Assembly: GCA_963745835.1 (NCBI GenBank)
Contig: CAVUZH010000013.1
Coordinates: 256,001 to 320,000, forward strand
Direction: 5' to 3'
Origin: an uncultured delta proteobacterium
GTDB lineage: Bacteria > Desulfobacterota > Binatia > UBA9968
DNA length: 64,000 nucleotides
A model generated the notes under the pieces. The model searched no databases. It worked only from the letters and a program-made list of their open reading frames with translations, and was not told the origin of the DNA. Below are positions 60,907-64,000 of the stretch, one piece after another (the stretch's first letter is position 1; every line of letters starts with the position of its first letter). Both the position numbers and the translations under genes were made by a program.

Positions 60907-61557
60907 ATGCGCTCCTGGATAAAACCTGCGCTCTTCATCGCCTGCCTGATCCCGCTAACGCAGCTCGCGTACGGATTTTATACAGAAGACTTGACCGCCA
61001 ATCCGATCGAGTATATCACCCGCTTCACCGGGTCGTGGGCGCTCATCATTTTAATTACCAGCCTGGCGGTTACGCCTTTGCGCAAGATGTTCGGCTGGAA
61101 CGCGCTGATCAGATATCGGCGCATGCTGGGTCTTTTCGCGTTTTTCTATGCGGTCCTGCATTTCCTAACCTATATGGTCTTGGACCATTTCTTCGACTTT
61201 CAGGCGATTGCCAAGGACATCTACAAGCGCCCCTATGTCACCGCTGGATTCACTTCATTCGTCTTGATGATTCCGCTGGCGCTCACGTCGACGGCGGCAA
61301 TGATCCGGCGTCTGGGCAAGCGTTGGCAACAGTTACACCGACTGGCCTATATTGCCGCAGCCGCCGCAGTTCTTCACTTTTACTGGCTGGTTAAATCGGA
61401 TATCCGCCGCCCTGCGCAATACGGCGCCGTGTTAGCATTGCTCCTCGGTGTCCGAGTTGCGTATGCGTTACTGCCGGCGGCGTCAAAACGCTTCGCCGGG
61501 AAAGCTAAAACGGTCACGCCGCAAACCGGCGGCTCTCGGTCGACAAGCGCGCGTTAA
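60907..61557 (+). CDS. msrQ: Heme-binding membrane subunit MsrQ
   Basis: ANPIE..TG.W, RRMLGL.AFFY..LH, PLALTS, W..LHRL.Y; follows msrP. Confidence 0.95.
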   Translation: MRSWIKPALFIACLIPLTQLAYGFYTEDLTANPIEYITRFTGSWALIILITSLAVTPLRKMFGWNALIRYRRMLGLFAFFYAVLHFLTYMVLDHFFDFQAIAKDIYKRPYVTAGFTSFVLMIPLALTSTAAMIRRLGKRWQQLHRLAYIAAAAAVLHFYWLVKSDIRRPAQYGAVLALLLGVRVAYALLPAASKRFAGKAKTVTPQTGGSRSTSAR

Positions 61558-61818
61558 GCATTCGCCGAGCTCTTTTCTACTTTTATGCCTAGCTTTTTAC
61601 ATGCGCGGGCGTAAGTTGTTGGGATTTATGCCGAAGATCTCCGTAGCGCCCTTTTACAGTGGACGACCCGACTGCGCCGTCTCTTGCGTCTTGACTGCTT
61701 AAATATCCTCGTTAAAGGCGCTGCATTGTTGATTCGTTCGACCATCTAACAGTCGATGACAGATGCGTGGAAAGCCGCTGGTTGGAATAGCTGTTAAAGG
61801 CGCATGTCTCGGCCACTT

Positions 61819-63278
61819 CTAGTAACGCCTTTTGCGGGTCGTTCCTCCACCGAAAAGCGAACCGAGCACGCCGCGGATGATCTCACGGCCGACCTGACTG
61901 CCGATGGCGCGGGCCGCGCTTTTACCCATGGCATCGAACAAACCTCCCGCTTCCGCTTGCCACGAGCCGCCTGCCGTCTTCGCCGTCGGCTGTTCGAGCT
62001 GCGGCGCTCGAGATTTGAGCATTTCATGCGCCGACTCGCGGTCGACTAATTTTTCATAGTGGCCATAAATGGTCGACTGTTTCACGATACTTTCTCGTTC
62101 GCCCGCTGCCAGCGGCGGCAACTGGCTTTGCGGCGGGTAAATCAAGGCGCGATCGACGATCGTGGGCCGGCCCTTTTCGTCCAGGAATGAAACCAGTGCT
62201 TCACCAACGCCCAATTCGGTGATCGCCGTTTCAACGTCGATGGCGGAGTTCTGGCGGAATGTCTGGGCGGCGGCTTTGACAGCCTTTTGATCGCGCGGCG
62301 TAAACGCGCGCAACGCATGCTGCACGCGATGGCCCAATTGACCCAGCACGACGTCGGGAACATCCAACGGATTCTGAGTGACGAAATAGACGCCAACGCC
62401 TTTGGAGCGAATCAGCCGGATTACTTGCTCGATTTTTTCCAGCAACACGGCCGGCGCATCGTTGAACAAGAGATGTGCTTCATCGAAAAAAAATGCCAAC
62501 TTGGGTTTTTCCGGATCTCCCACCTCGGGAAGCTGCTCGAACAACTCCGACAACAGCCAAAGTAAAAATGTCGCATATAGCTTGGGAGCGTTAATCAGTT
62601 TGTCGGCAACCAGGATATTGATAGTGCCCCGTCCTTGACTGTCGGTTTGCATCAGGTCATCGAGATCGAGCGCTGGCTCGCCAAAGAAATTTATCGCCGC
62701 CCTGCTCTTCCAGCGCCAGCAGGCCGCGCTGTATGGCGCCGATACTTGCTGCCGAAACGTTGCCGTACTTGGTTTTAAACTTTGCGGCATTGTCACCGAC
62801 GAATTGCAGCATTGAGCGCAGGTCTTTGAGGTCGAGCAGCAGCATGCCGTTGTCATCGGCGACTTTAAAAACCAGGTTGAGTACGCCGCTTTGGGTTTCG
62901 TTCAAATTGAGCAACCGCGCCAGCAGCAACGGCCCCATATCCGAGATTGTCGTGCGCACCGGATGGCCTTGTTCGCCGTACAAATCCCAAAAGACCGTCG
63001 GATAAGGGGCAAAGTCAAATTCTTTTAGGCTCGAGTTTGTCGAGTCGCTCGCGGATTTTCGGATTCTCTTGACCGGCCCGGGCGATTCCGGACAAATCGC
63101 TCTTTACGTCTGCCATGAATACCGGCACGCCTATACGGCTAAAATTTTCGGCGATGACCCGGAGTGTTACCGTCTTTCCAGTGCCGGTCGCACCGGCGAT
63201 CAAACCGTGGCGATTGGCCATCTGCGGCAGTAACGAGTGCTCGCCGCTGCCTTTAGCAATGCGCAGACCTTCCGCCAT
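61819..63278 (-). CDS. DUF853/YjgR HerA-like ATPase, two frameshifts (near 63025 and 62690)
   Basis: [36 protein letters not shown] and FFDEAHLLF...[17 protein letters not shown] in successive frames. Confidence 0.88.
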
Positions 63279-63511
63279 GAGATGCACCTCCCTCGGTGAG
63301 GTAAAAGATCATACTTCGTCCTATCTAGCGAACTATTAGTCAAAATAGGTCACTTGATGTATAGACCAGCGCGGACGTGAATTAAAGCACAGCGTCACAC
63401 GTCTAAGGCATCAAGAACGAACGAGATGAGCTCGAGCCGAGCCGGAGGGCGGCGCGTTAATCCCGGCGTTCTTAAACCAACAACAGATAAATCATACTGG
63501 AGGATCACACC

Positions 63512-63787
63512 ATGAAACGTTTCCTTAGCGTGTTAGTTGCTTCAATGTTTATAGCTTCGGCAGCTTATGCCCAGACCGGGAAGAGTGAAGAAAAGAAGAG
63601 TTCCGGTAGAATGCAATCCGAGTCGGTAAAGACCGATGGTAAAGAAAAGTCTGACTCGGTAAAGACGGAAGGAAAAGCAAAGGCAAATCGAAAGCCGAAT
63701 CCAAAGGCGAAACCGAGCACTAAATCGACCGATGGCAAAGCTACAAGTGAGACCAAGCCCGCCAGCAAATCCAAAGCCGCCAAGTAA
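63512..63787 (+). CDS. Small secreted Lys/Ser-rich low-complexity protein
   Basis: GGAGG RBS, signal peptide ending AYA, repeated S.SVKT.GK units. Confidence 0.75.
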   Translation: MKRFLSVLVASMFIASAAYAQTGKSEEKKSSGRMQSESVKTDGKEKSDSVKTEGKAKANRKPNPKAKPSTKSTDGKATSETKPASKSKAAK

Positions 63788-63803
63788 GCTTTGATTCAGT
63801 TCA

Positions 63804-63829
63804 AGCCAGGTGTCCCTCCGCACCTGGCT
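63804..63829 (+). terminator. Hairpin after the small secreted protein gene
   Basis: AGCCAGGTG/CACCTGGCT 9-bp stem; no U-tract. Confidence 0.4.
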
Positions 63830-63900
63830 GCCACTCGCCGCCGCAGTTCCACAAGCTAAATAGAATAAGCGATAGAATGAACACTCGCCAAGCTGCGATT

Positions 63901-63996
63901 TCAGAAAGCGATGAGAATTCTGCTAAAGAGTCACTTCCGAAGTATGGCATCGCGGCTCAGTCAAGCCACCACCGCTAAAAACATGGGGAATGACGG
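63901..63996. repeat. Degenerate REP-like element, copy 2
   Basis: tcagaa..atgagaatt..gtcac..ccgaa ... aaacat.ggggaatgac shared with 4459-4570. Confidence 0.55.
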
Positions 63997-64000
63997 AGAA

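Overview
Bacterial chromosomal window, moderately GC-rich. The gene content (many orphan NitT/TauT-type binding proteins, amidohydrolases, ornithine-cyclodeaminase-like and CADD-like proteins) is reminiscent of Binatota/deltaproteobacterial soil genomes; this is inference only. The main discovery is three genes within 9 kb (18.8-27.9 kb) with in-frame UGA codons that the ORF track splits or misses: (i) a 73-aa protein of no family I recognise, with two UGAs in a U-Y-S-N-U motif (25663-25884, minus); (ii) a DUF411 metal-binding protein whose CGCC motif reads UGCC; (iii) an AhpD/CMD-like protein whose CxxC reads CPFU. Each UGA is followed about 12-15 nt downstream by a SECIS-like hairpin, which points to a selenoprotein-rich organism. 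The window also holds a structured orphan intergenic element (13.75-13.93 kb), a DUF2130 + GHKL/MORC-like ATPase pair, a PhtD-like/amidohydrolase/CADD-like operon, and a Tat-less Mo oxidoreductase with a ferredoxin-NrfD fusion. A scrambled, decaying catabolic island (47.7-56.2 kb) contains an inverted gene fragment. There are three families of small intergenic repeats and housekeeping genes (recQ, mgtE, mutY, mtgA, msrPQ). Several single-base frameshifts in short homopolymers suggest long-read assembly errors. No rRNA, tRNA, CRISPR array or transposase was seen.
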